The position numbers were made by a program, and so were the translations under genes. Below the pieces are notes generated by a model. That model worked only from the letters and a program-made list of their open reading frames with translations. It was not told where the DNA came from and did no database searches. Of a stretch of DNA of 64,000 nucleotides, positions 20,655-30,934 are shown piece by piece (the stretch's first letter is position 1; each line of letters opens with the position of its first letter). This DNA comes from a virus: IMG/VR virus record IMGVR_UViG_3300024496_000012; one strand, 5' to 3'.

Positions 20655-21216
20655 TAATCTTGTTGAAAAGCAATATCAAGATGAGATTTATAGACATCTA
20701 ACTGATGTAAAGTTCCCTTGGGCGTTTATGGCCGATGCCACAGATGAGTTTGGGCATAATAACTCTGCGTTAAACGGACCCACGCCGTCTTTTGGTCACT
20801 TGGCGTATTGGAATCAACGAGATGAAAATCCATCTATTGATTTTTACAATCCACTGTTAACTGCTATACAGGAAAAATTCAATATACAGATGACCGGTCT
20901 GTTAAGGATACGGGTGGGTTTTCTATTAAACACATCATATTCTTTACCTAGTATGCCGTATCGTCATAATAAACCCCACCAAGATTATGATCAAGATCAT
21001 TTTACCTTAGTCTACTACGTCAATGATACAGACGGTGACACTGTTATTTTCCATGAAACTAGACCTTCTGAAAAATATTATTCACTAGAAAAATGCAGTC
21101 CAAAGAAAGGACGGGCAATATTATTTGACGGCAGACATTTCCATGCCAGCACATGTCCTAAGATGTTTACTACTAGGATAGCTATAACTATTAACTTTCA
21201 AGGCTTGCCGCAATGA
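20626..21216 (+). CDS. Fe(II)/2OG oxygenase
   Basis: PHQD...LVYYVNDTDGDT...PKKGRAILFDGRHFHAS..P...R. Confidence 0.8.
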   Translation: MKVFKPITIDNLVEKQYQDEIYRHLTDVKFPWAFMADATDEFGHNNSALNGPTPSFGHLAYWNQRDENPSIDFYNPLLTAIQEKFNIQMTGLLRIRVGFLLNTSYSLPSMPYRHNKPHQDYDQDHFTLVYYVNDTDGDTVIFHETRPSEKYYSLEKCSPKKGRAILFDGRHFHASTCPKMFTTRIAITINFQGLPQ

Positions 21217-21920
21217 GTAAAGATCATGTCGATTATCTAATGCGTATGCAGAAAAAAAGTGCTGCAGATATAAGAGAAGGTGACCTAAAAAATAGATTCC
21301 TTTATCCTTTCTTTCCTACTATAGTTATAGATAACTTCTACGAAGACCCAGATTTGATTCGAGAGTTTGCTCTTGATCAAGAGTTCTTTAAAGGCAATAG
21401 AGGTAGTTGGCCAGGGCTGCGTACAAAACTGTTACACGAACTAGATACTAATATGTTTAAGTTTGTCTCTAGAAAACTAATGTTCACTCTACGTGAATAT
21501 GGAATAAGAGATTACGAAGAAATACAGATAGGATTCCAGTTAATCGACGAAAGCTACGGCAGGGGTTGGGTGCATGACGATGATCCTAAGCTACACGTAG
21601 CAGGTGTAGTTTATCTTAATAAGGATGCAGGCGAAAACTGCGGAACTACTATCTTTGAAGATGCTCCTGACTTTAATGGTGAAGAATACAGTGAAATGTT
21701 TATGAAAGATGTATTATTATCTACACCAGAAGAACGTGCCGCTATGTCTAAGTATAGAGAGGAACAAATAAATTATTTTAATCCTACAATAAAAATAGAA
21801 AGTATTTATAACAGGATGGTTATGTTTGACAGTCGATGCTGGCATGCCGCAGATTACTTTTTTGGAACCGATAAAGAAAGTTCTAGATTAAATCAAATAC
21901 ATTTTTTGAGATTGAGATGA
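21213..21920 (+). CDS. Fe(II)/2OG oxygenase-like (DUF6445-like)
   Basis: IDNFYEDPD...WPGLRT...WVHDD...AGVVYLN...YNRMVMFD...WHAA...RLNQ. Confidence 0.7.
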   Translation: MSKDHVDYLMRMQKKSAADIREGDLKNRFLYPFFPTIVIDNFYEDPDLIREFALDQEFFKGNRGSWPGLRTKLLHELDTNMFKFVSRKLMFTLREYGIRDYEEIQIGFQLIDESYGRGWVHDDDPKLHVAGVVYLNKDAGENCGTTIFEDAPDFNGEEYSEMFMKDVLLSTPEERAAMSKYREEQINYFNPTIKIESIYNRMVMFDSRCWHAADYFFGTDKESSRLNQIHFLRLR

Positions 21921-22531
21921 TTAGAACAGTGAGACAACCCTTTAAGATAGTTGATGATTTTTTTGAATGTCCTGATCTGTGGAGATACCATGCTCTTAAG
22001 CAAGAATATACTACAGATGAACAAGCAACATGGCCTGGCGTAAGATCTACGGTTCTCGATCAGATCAATGAAACTCTTTTTCATTCGCTGGCATCAAAAA
22101 TAATCGTGCATTGTCCAGGAAAAAGGTACTTCCATTATCTTAAAATCAACTATGCCCTAGTTGATGAAAGTTACAATCTAGGTTGGTGTCATGTCGATGA
22201 ACCAAAATATAATGTAGCTGGAGTTATATTTTTAAATCCCGATCCTCCCAAAAACAGTGGAACAATATTTTATAAAAAAACAAAAGAAATGATGATTGAT
22301 TTTAATCAATTATTTTTTAACGAGTTAAAGGCTGCTCCGGAAGATCGAAAAGATTTTTATAAACACAAGCTAGAACAACGAAGTCATTTTAAAAAATCAA
22401 TGACTGTAGAAAATGTCTATAATAGATGTGTCATATTTCCGCCAGACGAGTGGCATAGCGCAGACAGTTATTTTGGCAATGACAAAGACAGTGCTAGACT
22501 AACAATTAACTTTTTTGGATTTGCTGCATGA
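21917..22531 (+). CDS. Fe(II)/2OG oxygenase-like, paralog of 21213..21920
   Basis: VDDFFECPD...WPGVRS...WCHVD...AGVIFLN...YNRCVIF...WHSA...RLT. Confidence 0.7.
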   Translation: MIRTVRQPFKIVDDFFECPDLWRYHALKQEYTTDEQATWPGVRSTVLDQINETLFHSLASKIIVHCPGKRYFHYLKINYALVDESYNLGWCHVDEPKYNVAGVIFLNPDPPKNSGTIFYKKTKEMMIDFNQLFFNELKAAPEDRKDFYKHKLEQRSHFKKSMTVENVYNRCVIFPPDEWHSADSYFGNDKDSARLTINFFGFAA

Positions 22532-23145
22532 CAGCCATGTTTGGGTCATTTGCCAACTACGGATTTATCAAAGATACACTTCCGAGTCAGTTATTTGCTG
22601 ATTTAAAAAGTGAAATAGATTCTATTGATTTTGAAAACAGTGAAAAATTTAATCAGCATCTTGCAGGAAATATAAAGTTCGAGTTCAAGCTAGATAAAAA
22701 CAAAAAATCTCTAGAAGAATATGTGGTATCGCTCTGTAAGCAATACAAAGAAGCTTGGGATTTGAGACATACTAGAAAAGATCTTGGTAATGAAAATCTA
22801 GAGCTACAGAGCTATTGGGTTAACTTTCAACGCAAAAACGAGTTTAATCCTATGCACACTCACGATGGCCTGTTTAGTTTCGCTATATGGGTCAAGGTTC
22901 CTTATAGATTCCAAGATGAACTACAAGAAAGCCATGTTAGAAATACCAACATGCCCAGGGCAGGAATGTTTTCTTTCATATATACAAACATATTCGGAGA
23001 AGTAAGAGAAGCAGAGTTTCCTGTAGACAGCACATTCGAAGGACAAATATTTTTATTTCCTAGCTGTTTACCACATACAGTTTACCCTTTCAGCACTTCA
23101 GACGAATATAGAATATCAATATCAGGAAACATACATGCCAAGTGA
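22528..23145 (+). CDS. Fe(II)/2OG oxygenase-like (TIGR02466-like)
   Basis: WVNFQRKNEFNPMHTHDG...LFPSCLPHTVYPF...RISISGN. Confidence 0.8.
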   Translation: MTAMFGSFANYGFIKDTLPSQLFADLKSEIDSIDFENSEKFNQHLAGNIKFEFKLDKNKKSLEEYVVSLCKQYKEAWDLRHTRKDLGNENLELQSYWVNFQRKNEFNPMHTHDGLFSFAIWVKVPYRFQDELQESHVRNTNMPRAGMFSFIYTNIFGEVREAEFPVDSTFEGQIFLFPSCLPHTVYPFSTSDEYRISISGNIHAK

Positions 23146-23740
23146 CGATATTATCATAGTCGAAAATATTATTCCTAAAGACTACCAGGATTATCTAGAA
23201 ACAGTTTTAACTGGATGGGAGTTTCCTTGGGTGTTGAATAAGAATATCGTATCTGGAGACGACCCATTTGTAGGATCTACAAAAAATCCTGCAGGTATGA
23301 ATCATTTTTTCTATGAAAAAAATGTACCCGTAAGTAACTATTTCCAACTTGTATATCCATTAGTGCTGAGTATTACTAGTCAAGCAGCAGTACCATTTAA
23401 CAGACTATTCAGGATGAGAGCTAATCTAACATTTTCAAACGGTGAAGGAGCATTATTGCCCCACATTGATAGCTTCCATCCGCACTGGAATGCAATCTAT
23501 TATGTCAATGACAGTGATGGCGACACCATTATATACAATGAAACTAATGATGATTTTGATGCCGGTAATAAAGACATAGAAAAAATCAAGACTGATAACT
23601 TCACAGAAAAACTTAGAGTAACACCAAAGAAAGGCCAACTACTGGCATTTAACGGGCGTTATTATCATACTGCTTCTTTCTGCAAAGATTCCGCTTATAG
23701 ATGCTTGATCAATATTAATCTAGGAAATCTATTCATATGA
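23135..23740 (+). CDS. Fe(II)/2OG oxygenase, paralog of 20626..21216
   Basis: PHID...AIYYVNDSDGDT...PKKGQLLAFNGRYYHTAS...R. Confidence 0.8.
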   Translation: MPSDDIIIVENIIPKDYQDYLETVLTGWEFPWVLNKNIVSGDDPFVGSTKNPAGMNHFFYEKNVPVSNYFQLVYPLVLSITSQAAVPFNRLFRMRANLTFSNGEGALLPHIDSFHPHWNAIYYVNDSDGDTIIYNETNDDFDAGNKDIEKIKTDNFTEKLRVTPKKGQLLAFNGRYYHTASFCKDSAYRCLININLGNLFI

Positions 23741-24306
23741 TAACACGATACCCTGGCCAAGAATATATTTTATATCAATCAGAGTTTATAGAAAAACATA
23801 TCTATGAACTAAAACTTGATTTAGAAATCGCTCATAGATTATTTGAAGAAGCATTTCCTGGAAAAGATTCTACCTGGAGCTTTGACAAGTATAATATTTT
23901 TTCATTGACTGCACCAAGTTGGACATTTTATCAGGTATATAAAGAACTTAGAACTTTAGTTAGATCAGAGCTAGGAGACACCAGAGACTTATGGATACAG
24001 AGTTGGGTTAACTATCATACACAAGACCAGCTGTTACATAGGCATCATCATGAGTTTGAGTATCACGGATACATAGCTATAGAACCTAAGACAACTAAAA
24101 CAGTGTTTGATGATTACGAAATATTGAATAAACCAGGACAGATATACTTTGGTCCCGGTAATAGGTATCATTATGTAGAAGCCACTGAACCATTTGACGG
24201 AATAAGAACTACTATTGGTTTTGATATCATGACTACATATGAATCTAGCTTGGTCAAATATAAAGAAAAACCATTTTCTAACAACGGGTTGATTCCTTTA
24301 CTATGA
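23737..24306 (+). CDS. Putative Fe(II)/2OG oxygenase/cupin
   Basis: WVNYH...HRHHHE...PGQIYFGPG..YHYV...RTTIGFD. Confidence 0.6.
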   Translation: MITRYPGQEYILYQSEFIEKHIYELKLDLEIAHRLFEEAFPGKDSTWSFDKYNIFSLTAPSWTFYQVYKELRTLVRSELGDTRDLWIQSWVNYHTQDQLLHRHHHEFEYHGYIAIEPKTTKTVFDDYEILNKPGQIYFGPGNRYHYVEATEPFDGIRTTIGFDIMTTYESSLVKYKEKPFSNNGLIPLL

Positions 24307-24944
24307 TGGAAGATTATAAGATCATAAAAAATGCAGTTTCTAAAGAGCTCTGTGATTTTCTAGCACTAGAGTTTTCTATGATGGAAACTACCTGTAGGCA
24401 ACTATATCCTAATGCCAACCTTGCTGATCTTTGCGAAGGTACATTTGCTAGATATAGTCCTTTGATGTTTGAAGCACTGAGTGTACATCTAACACCTTTA
24501 TTGGAAAAAGAAGTAGGAAAAAAGCTATGGCCTACCTATAGTTATGCTCGCATTTACTATAAAGGAACAGAGCTACAGCGTCATTTTGATAGACCTAGTT
24601 CAGAAGTAACAGTATCAGTATGTATACAACCTGGCGAAGTTTCTTGGCCTATATACATCAAGAACGAGCAAGGCACTGTACACGAGATTCATCTAGATCA
24701 AGGAGATCTAGTAATCTACAGCGGTAGGAGACATGAACACTGGAGAGAGCCATATACAGGCGAAAAGCAGATTCAGGCTTTTCTGCAATATGTGGATGCT
24801 GAAGGGGAAAGTTCCTGGTTGAAATGGGATACAAGACCTTGTTTAGGGCTACCGTTCGAGTGGACCAACCAGGAAATCCAGAACGAACTAAGACGTATTT
24901 CTGACGCTAAATCTTTTTTAGATAGGGTTATTCAACCCAAGTAG
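24303..24944 (+). CDS. Fe(II)/2OG oxygenase (PKHD-like type common in aquatic T4-like phages)
   Basis: PTYSYARIY..G.ELQRHFDRPS.E...GDLVIYSG..HEHWRE...QAFLQY. Confidence 0.8.
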   Translation: MMEDYKIIKNAVSKELCDFLALEFSMMETTCRQLYPNANLADLCEGTFARYSPLMFEALSVHLTPLLEKEVGKKLWPTYSYARIYYKGTELQRHFDRPSSEVTVSVCIQPGEVSWPIYIKNEQGTVHEIHLDQGDLVIYSGRRHEHWREPYTGEKQIQAFLQYVDAEGESSWLKWDTRPCLGLPFEWTNQEIQNELRRISDAKSFLDRVIQPK

Positions 24945-25137
24945 CATCTTTAGGTACGACTTTTTCTTCTAGCGGACCCATTGGACCTGCAACAACGTGT
25001 CTCGTTCCTGCATTTTGCTCAAACTTTTGCGAAGCGGCAGTTCTAGTATCTGCCTTTGTGTAGACTTCAAAAACGTGTAGAGCATGAGTTTCCGGATTTT
25101 CTTCATCTCGGTAAATCATTTTGTAAATTGCCATCAT
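24928..25137 (-). CDS. Small hypothetical protein
   Basis: AGGAG SD with ATAAATA upstream (25152-25158, minus strand); overlaps the convergent gene by 17 nt. Confidence 0.6.
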   Translation of the reverse strand: MMAIYKMIYRDEENPETHALHVFEVYTKADTRTAASQKFEQNAGTRHVVAGPMGPLEEKVVPKDATWVE

Positions 25138-25154
25138 AATCTCCTATACAATAT

Positions 25155-26714
25155 TTATGCGGTATGTTGTATCCATTCCTCAATAGACCAGCACTGATCT
25201 ACGAGGTTTTTATATCTTTGCAGATTAATATTTAGTACTTTTTCACCCGATGAAAGCAAGTTTTCAGGTACTCTAGCAGAGTCTGCTACTCTAAACTTAT
25301 CTATTCCTTGGATCACCATCATCCAAGCTACAGGACTGTAAGCTCTAGGCCACGGTTCAGCGATCAAACCTTTATAAAACTGTTCCCATTCTTCCAGCTT
25401 AACTCTAAGGCTATCTCGTGTCCTATGTGGTTCTTCTCTAAATCTACGCCAGAACTCGGTATCGTTTCTATTACCATGATAATGAAGTGCGATAAAGTCG
25501 GCAAAATCTTCAGTCAAGAACCATATTTTATCATTCATGCGTTGTACTACTTCGGGGTTAGTATTCTTCCTTAAAGGATCCCAATAGTCTTGTACTGCAT
25601 ACAAGGTTTCGACTATAAGTGCTATTCCGTTGGCTTCTAATGGTTCAACAAACCCACTGCTAAGACCAATAGCGAATACATTGTTTTTCCATACATTTCT
25701 CATCGCACCTGGTTGATATTTTAGATTTGCTATAACATCTATTTTTTTATTAAATCTTTTTTCAGCTTCTTGGTGAGCTTGTTCTTTGCTGATAAGATCC
25801 GGATCAAAAATGTATCCGTTGCCAGATCGATGCTTGAGATTTATATTCCAAGACCAGCCATATTCCATAGCTGTAGCATTAGTGGTTACACAATAACAGG
25901 GTTCGTCCCACCAACCAATCACTTCTCTTTGAGGAAAAGTATCAGTCATATCCACTAATGGTTCTTTTAAAACTTTTCCTAATAATAATCTTGCAAATCC
26001 AGAACAATCGAAAAACCAATCACCAGTTACTTCTCTATCTCCGTCGAGTTTTAACGAAACGATATTTCCTCTTTCATCTTGTGAAGCTGAAAGAAACTCT
26101 CCTTCTATGTGATTAACACCACGTGATAATGCTGTCTTTTTAAAATATGCAGCCGAATCTCGAGATTCAAAATGCCACATAGGTATGCAAGGCAAAGAAG
26201 TTAGATCACCGCCGAAAGGAACTTTCTGCTGTCTAATAAACTCTCCTGCAAAAAACGCTTTCCATAACGGTGTATTGTTTCCTAAAAGTGTTTTTAGGTA
26301 CATGTTCTTGGCGCTTTCTTGCTTCATTATGTCTGACAGTTTGCGCATAGTAAGAGCGTCTAGCGGATTTGAGCCGATGTGATCAGTCCAACCGTCGAGC
26401 CAAGGTGCAAAATCAGTCTGCATAGCATGTATAAACTCTGTACCTACACCGTTCCAGTCAGTGAACTTACCGCCCATCTTGGGAGTAGCATTTACATTTT
26501 TAATAAAATCATCGTCATCTATTTGCAAATGACGCAAGAATGTTCGATGTGTAGTGCTGCCACTTTCCCCTGCAATAATAGGAGGACGCTTAGGATCTTC
26601 TATCAACGATACGTCGCAACGTGGCCAGTTTCGTTTTATAAAAAGAGCTGTGAGCCAACCTGCGCTACCACCGCCTAAGATGATTATCTTAGAACTTGTA
26701 TTGTACATTATCAT
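25155..26714 (-). CDS. Flavin-dependent tryptophan-halogenase-family protein
   Basis: GGGSAG, AGESG, ATPKMGGKF, WSWNIN, FVEPLEANG; start may be 26708. Confidence 0.8.
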   Translation of the reverse strand: MIMYNTSSKIIILGGGSAGWLTALFIKRNWPRCDVSLIEDPKRPPIIAGESGSTTHRTFLRHLQIDDDDFIKNVNATPKMGGKFTDWNGVGTEFIHAMQTDFAPWLDGWTDHIGSNPLDALTMRKLSDIMKQESAKNMYLKTLLGNNTPLWKAFFAGEFIRQQKVPFGGDLTSLPCIPMWHFESRDSAAYFKKTALSRGVNHIEGEFLSASQDERGNIVSLKLDGDREVTGDWFFDCSGFARLLLGKVLKEPLVDMTDTFPQREVIGWWDEPCYCVTTNATAMEYGWSWNINLKHRSGNGYIFDPDLISKEQAHQEAEKRFNKKIDVIANLKYQPGAMRNVWKNNVFAIGLSSGFVEPLEANGIALIVETLYAVQDYWDPLRKNTNPEVVQRMNDKIWFLTEDFADFIALHYHGNRNDTEFWRRFREEPHRTRDSLRVKLEEWEQFYKGLIAEPWPRAYSPVAWMMVIQGIDKFRVADSARVPENLLSSGEKVLNINLQRYKNLVDQCWSIEEWIQHTA

Positions 26715-28197
26715 TCCTTTGTTTTATCATTTCGATAGCTTCTCTATGAGTATAGAATGTAGCATTTTGATCGTGCCATTTATCACCTTCGAATAATTCC
26801 TTTTGAATAACAGTATCATATCTATTTTTCATATGTTCAGACCATTTTTTATTCAAGGATTCAGTGTCAAACATACCAAGTCCGTGCATTACCTGCATAA
26901 AGTTTAAATGTCTAAACAGGAGCATTTCACTTTGAAAATAGTGAGTATGTACACCATGCTTTTTAAAGAATGACATATTCTCCCGATTAAAATCAGTGTA
27001 CTTGATATTGTTATTAACCCACTGCCAAAACTCACTGTCGTTTCTCTTTGTAAAATAATGTAGCTGTATGAAATCGACTATGTTTTCTGCTATTTCAGAC
27101 ATCTGCTTATTATAGATCTCTTCAGCATGTGTATCGCCTTTCACATAATAATATAAACTGGGCAAGAGTAGGAAAGTCTGTTGGATAGTGGTACCCATAC
27201 TAGATGCTTCTAGTGGTTCTACAAATATCCCACTAAGCCCAGTCATTACACAGTTTTTTATCCAAAACTTTTCGACATGACCTGCACCAAACTTTATCTT
27301 TTTTCCTATTTCTATGTTGTCTGAGATTCCTAGTTGTTTATAGTGTTGGCTAACCTCATCATAGGCTTTAGTTTCGTCAATAAAACTATCACAGAAAACA
27401 TAACCGTTGCCAAACCTATCCTGGGTAGGAATACGCCATACCCACCCACTGCTCAGTGCCGTAGATTCTGTATAAGAAGGAATATGTTCTTGGTATGCTG
27501 TAGGAAATGCCAGCGCAGAATTTAATGGTAGCTGATCAGTCTTATCTAGCCATTTGGCATCTAACTTGCTACCAATAATTCTTCTAAATCCTGAGCAATC
27601 AATAAAAAAATCAGCAGAATGTCTTTGACCATCGTTGCCGACGAGTTCGCTGACATATCCTTGTTCGTCTAAAACTACATCGTCAATCTTAGTATCAACT
27701 AGTTCTATTCCGCGTTCAGCGCACAGATCATGGAAATATTTGTTTAGTTTAAATGTATCAAAATGATACTGAGCTAGACTGTCATGCAATGGTTCGGAAT
27801 GCATACTGTTCATGCTTTTTTTATAAACAGTGTCTAAAGGATCAAAGTTTTCAGCGATTAGCTTTTCCAGAGTATACGGAATGCCATTGAATCTACTGTG
27901 GGTTCCAAACTGCTCTGCCAGACTATGGAAATAATGCTTGCCATCTCCGTTCCAGTTTGTAAACTTGATACCTATTTTAAAAGTTGCACCGGTATTGCGC
28001 ATCATATCAAACACAGATATGTCTGCCTGTTTCATGAATCTTTTCCAATGCTCGGTACTGCCTTCTCCAACGCCAATGATTCCTAGTGCAGATGATTCAA
28101 TCATAGTGATTTTTAAATCAGGCCAACCGCTCTTCAGCATCAGGGCACTAATAAGACCGCTGGTTCCACCGCCTAAAATTATTAAAGATTTTATCAT
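26689..28197 (-). CDS. Flavin-dependent tryptophan-halogenase-family protein
   Basis: GGGTSG, GVGEGS, ATFKIGIKF, WVWRIP, FVEPLEASS. Confidence 0.85.
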   Translation of the reverse strand: MIKSLIILGGGTSGLISALMLKSGWPDLKITMIESSALGIIGVGEGSTEHWKRFMKQADISVFDMMRNTGATFKIGIKFTNWNGDGKHYFHSLAEQFGTHSRFNGIPYTLEKLIAENFDPLDTVYKKSMNSMHSEPLHDSLAQYHFDTFKLNKYFHDLCAERGIELVDTKIDDVVLDEQGYVSELVGNDGQRHSADFFIDCSGFRRIIGSKLDAKWLDKTDQLPLNSALAFPTAYQEHIPSYTESTALSSGWVWRIPTQDRFGNGYVFCDSFIDETKAYDEVSQHYKQLGISDNIEIGKKIKFGAGHVEKFWIKNCVMTGLSGIFVEPLEASSMGTTIQQTFLLLPSLYYYVKGDTHAEEIYNKQMSEIAENIVDFIQLHYFTKRNDSEFWQWVNNNIKYTDFNRENMSFFKKHGVHTHYFQSEMLLFRHLNFMQVMHGLGMFDTESLNKKWSEHMKNRYDTVIQKELFEGDKWHDQNATFYTHREAIEMIKQRNDNVQYKF

Positions 28198-29693
28198 AGT
28201 TTATATTCCACCGTATTGCTGACCATCGCTTTGACTTTATTTACAGCTTCTCTACAGGTCAGCCAACCTTCTGTAGGTGTATTCTCGAATCTAGATAGAT
28301 ATTCTTCGTCGTCTTTTCTCAGGTATCCGTATCTTTTTTCGAATAGATTTTTTATACTAGCGGTGTCAAACATGCGTAGACCGTGCATGACCTGTATCCA
28401 GTTTAGGCAATCATAGATCCTAAAGTTACTCATAAGACCGTCTTCAGGTAACAGTATTTGATTAACAAAGTTTTTCTTAAAGTTTTCTAGATTTTCTTTG
28501 TGAAAATCAGTCATGGTCATTTCATTTTTGCACCAGCGCCAGAACTCTGTGTCATTGCGTTCGGTGAAATAGTGCAGTTGTATAAAATCGAGTATGTTTG
28601 ACATCATATCGTCGACTGTGTGATTATATTCTTTTATGCTAGACTGATCTTCTCGGGTCCAGTTCCATAGTGCGCCTGATAATAGTTGCAGTTGTTTTAT
28701 GGTCGTAGATATACTAGAAGCTTCTAACGGCTCTACAAAGTTGCTGCTAAGACCTATGCTCACGCAGTTTTTAATCCATGCACGATTGACCTTACCTGAT
28801 TTAAAGTTAATCTTGCGGCCTATCTTGATGGTATCCTTGAAGTGTTTTTGTATTTCAGACACTGCTTGGTCTTCAGTAATAAAATGATCGCTGAAAACAT
28901 AACCGTTACCAAAACGATCCTGCACAGGACTACGCCAATGCCAACCGCTGTTCATGGCTTTAGCGAGGGTGTAGGGGGGAATCTTTTCTTCATAGGACGT
29001 CTGGAAAGCTATAGCAGAGTTCAATGGCAGGTATTTGCTCCAGTCGATCCATTCTGCTCCTAGGTCAGATGCTATAACTCTGTTGAATCCACTGCTGTCT
29101 ATGAAAAAATCAGCAGCATATCTATTACCTTGATCGTCAATCACAGACTCAACAAAGCCTTGTTGATCTAATATCGGTCCTTTGATTTCTGCATCTATGA
29201 CTTTTATTCCCGAGATAGCACAACGATCTCGCAGATAGTTATTGAGTTTTTCACTGTCAAAGTGGAACTGATAATAATCTGTCAGAGGTTCTCTGACATA
29301 TCCTTGCATGGGAAGATCCCAATGCAAGTTTTCGCTGGAAACTCCGTCGCCTATGAGTCTCATCATAGAGTAAGCAGCACCTGAGTATCTATTCATATTG
29401 ATTAAGTACTCAGGTAGACTATGATAATAGCTGGTACCGTCACCATGCCAGTTTTCAAACTTAATGCCTACTTTTATTGTAGCTCCGCAGTGTACCATTA
29501 GATCGCCTATGGTGATTCCCACAGCCTGAGCGAATCTAGTCCAGTGTTCAGTACTGCCTTCGCCGACGCCGATAGTACCTATCTTTTTAGACTTGATAAC
29601 AGTGATATCCATCTCAGGAAATGAACTCTTGAGATATAATGCCGACATGTATCCGGCGTTTCCGCCTCCTAGTACAATAATATCATTGATCAT
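28194..29693 (-). CDS. Flavin-dependent tryptophan-halogenase-family protein
   Basis: GGGNAG, GVGEGS, ATIKVGIKF, WHWRSP, FVEPLEASS. Confidence 0.85.
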   Translation of the reverse strand: MINDIIVLGGGNAGYMSALYLKSSFPEMDITVIKSKKIGTIGVGEGSTEHWTRFAQAVGITIGDLMVHCGATIKVGIKFENWHGDGTSYYHSLPEYLINMNRYSGAAYSMMRLIGDGVSSENLHWDLPMQGYVREPLTDYYQFHFDSEKLNNYLRDRCAISGIKVIDAEIKGPILDQQGFVESVIDDQGNRYAADFFIDSSGFNRVIASDLGAEWIDWSKYLPLNSAIAFQTSYEEKIPPYTLAKAMNSGWHWRSPVQDRFGNGYVFSDHFITEDQAVSEIQKHFKDTIKIGRKINFKSGKVNRAWIKNCVSIGLSSNFVEPLEASSISTTIKQLQLLSGALWNWTREDQSSIKEYNHTVDDMMSNILDFIQLHYFTERNDTEFWRWCKNEMTMTDFHKENLENFKKNFVNQILLPEDGLMSNFRIYDCLNWIQVMHGLRMFDTASIKNLFEKRYGYLRKDDEEYLSRFENTPTEGWLTCREAVNKVKAMVSNTVEYKL

Positions 29694-30298
29694 TATTTTA
29701 TGTCCAAGGTGATTTTCGAATCAGTAGCAAGATTATGATTGATCCGACCACTAGGAAATGTGTTAAAACTTATAATATATCGATCGTTGCTCAGTATGTG
29801 AGGCTCGCTCATATGATACAGCCAGCTAGGAAAAACTATTAACTTTCCTGGAGTGGCCACAGACCTATACCAAGGACTAAAATCATGTCTTAGTACTTCA
29901 AGTTCTGATTCAGTCCTATGCACTTCAGGATCTTCAAAGATAGTTGCGCTGCCTTCGGTCATGTAATAGACCGCACTGAACATGCTCATAGAATGTTTAT
30001 GATAGTTTTGATACATGTTGTAACCGCTGAGTGCGACGTTGAACCAACTGTTTGTTATCACTATCTTGTCGCAGTCAAATTTCTGTGCCACACGTATTTC
30101 TTCTAGGCATGCATCGAACCAATCAAACAGTTCTTTGAAATCTGCTTCTTTACGTAGATCGTATAGGATACTAATCGTGGTGGTTCTTTTTATTTCAGTG
30201 CCATTAAGCACTTTCATCTTTTCGATAAGGGCCTGATTATCGATAGATTTGTTTTCAAAAACGAAAACTTCTGTAGGAAAAAGCTGTAGTGTCTGCAT
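29693..30298 (-). CDS. Fe(II)/2OG oxygenase-like (TIGR02466-like)
   Basis: SWFN...YHKHSMS..SAVYY...PGKLIVFPSWLYHMS...RYIISFN. Confidence 0.8.
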   Translation of the reverse strand: MQTLQLFPTEVFVFENKSIDNQALIEKMKVLNGTEIKRTTTISILYDLRKEADFKELFDWFDACLEEIRVAQKFDCDKIVITNSWFNVALSGYNMYQNYHKHSMSMFSAVYYMTEGSATIFEDPEVHRTESELEVLRHDFSPWYRSVATPGKLIVFPSWLYHMSEPHILSNDRYIISFNTFPSGRINHNLATDSKITLDIK

Positions 30299-30889
30299 TT
30301 ATAGTTCAATCCAACCAGTGAGTAGATATTTTTCGCCGCTCAATGGTGGATTGCCTCTGTGTGTATGGGTGAAAGCCGCTGGCCATATGACTAGATTTCC
30401 CTGTATGCTAGGTATCCTAATGCCTTGATACAGCCATTCTGTTTCGCCACCTTGATCTACAGTGTTTAGATAGCACCCCCAGGCAGCTATTCTGCCGGCA
30501 CGATCCATGTTATCAGATTCAAAATGCCATTGATGATACCCTTCTCCGGGAAGAGTTTTTTGTAGCTTTATCATGCGTATGTGAAAATGTCCAACGTCAT
30601 CTAAGATACTGTAATGTGATACGTACTCGCTCCAACAGGCCCATAGTCTATCAACAAAATACTTGATATAACCTGTATTTGCTGTTAGTCTTAGACTGTT
30701 TTCCTCTAAAAGAAAACTAGCTTTATCTTTTTTCTTATGTGCTATTCCGTCTCGAAGATCTAACCTGCTGTAACTGAGATTAAGATCTGCCATTCGATTA
30801 TAATGATCGATGAGAGTTTGGCATTCTTCAGCTGTCAGAACGCCCTCGAATGTAGCTATATCTTTTTCCAGTTTCATAGGTATTGTCAT
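30299..30889 (-). CDS. Prolyl-4-hydroxylase-like Fe(II)/2OG oxygenase (HxE)
   Basis: GEGYHQWHFE...YLNTVDQGGETEW...VIWPAAFTHTHRGNPP..GEKYLLTGW. Confidence 0.85.
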   Translation of the reverse strand: MTIPMKLEKDIATFEGVLTAEECQTLIDHYNRMADLNLSYSRLDLRDGIAHKKKDKASFLLEENSLRLTANTGYIKYFVDRLWACWSEYVSHYSILDDVGHFHIRMIKLQKTLPGEGYHQWHFESDNMDRAGRIAAWGCYLNTVDQGGETEWLYQGIRIPSIQGNLVIWPAAFTHTHRGNPPLSGEKYLLTGWIEL

Positions 30890-30934
30890 CGTACAGTACT
30901 ATATATCTAAGCAGATTATTACAAGAGACTTATA

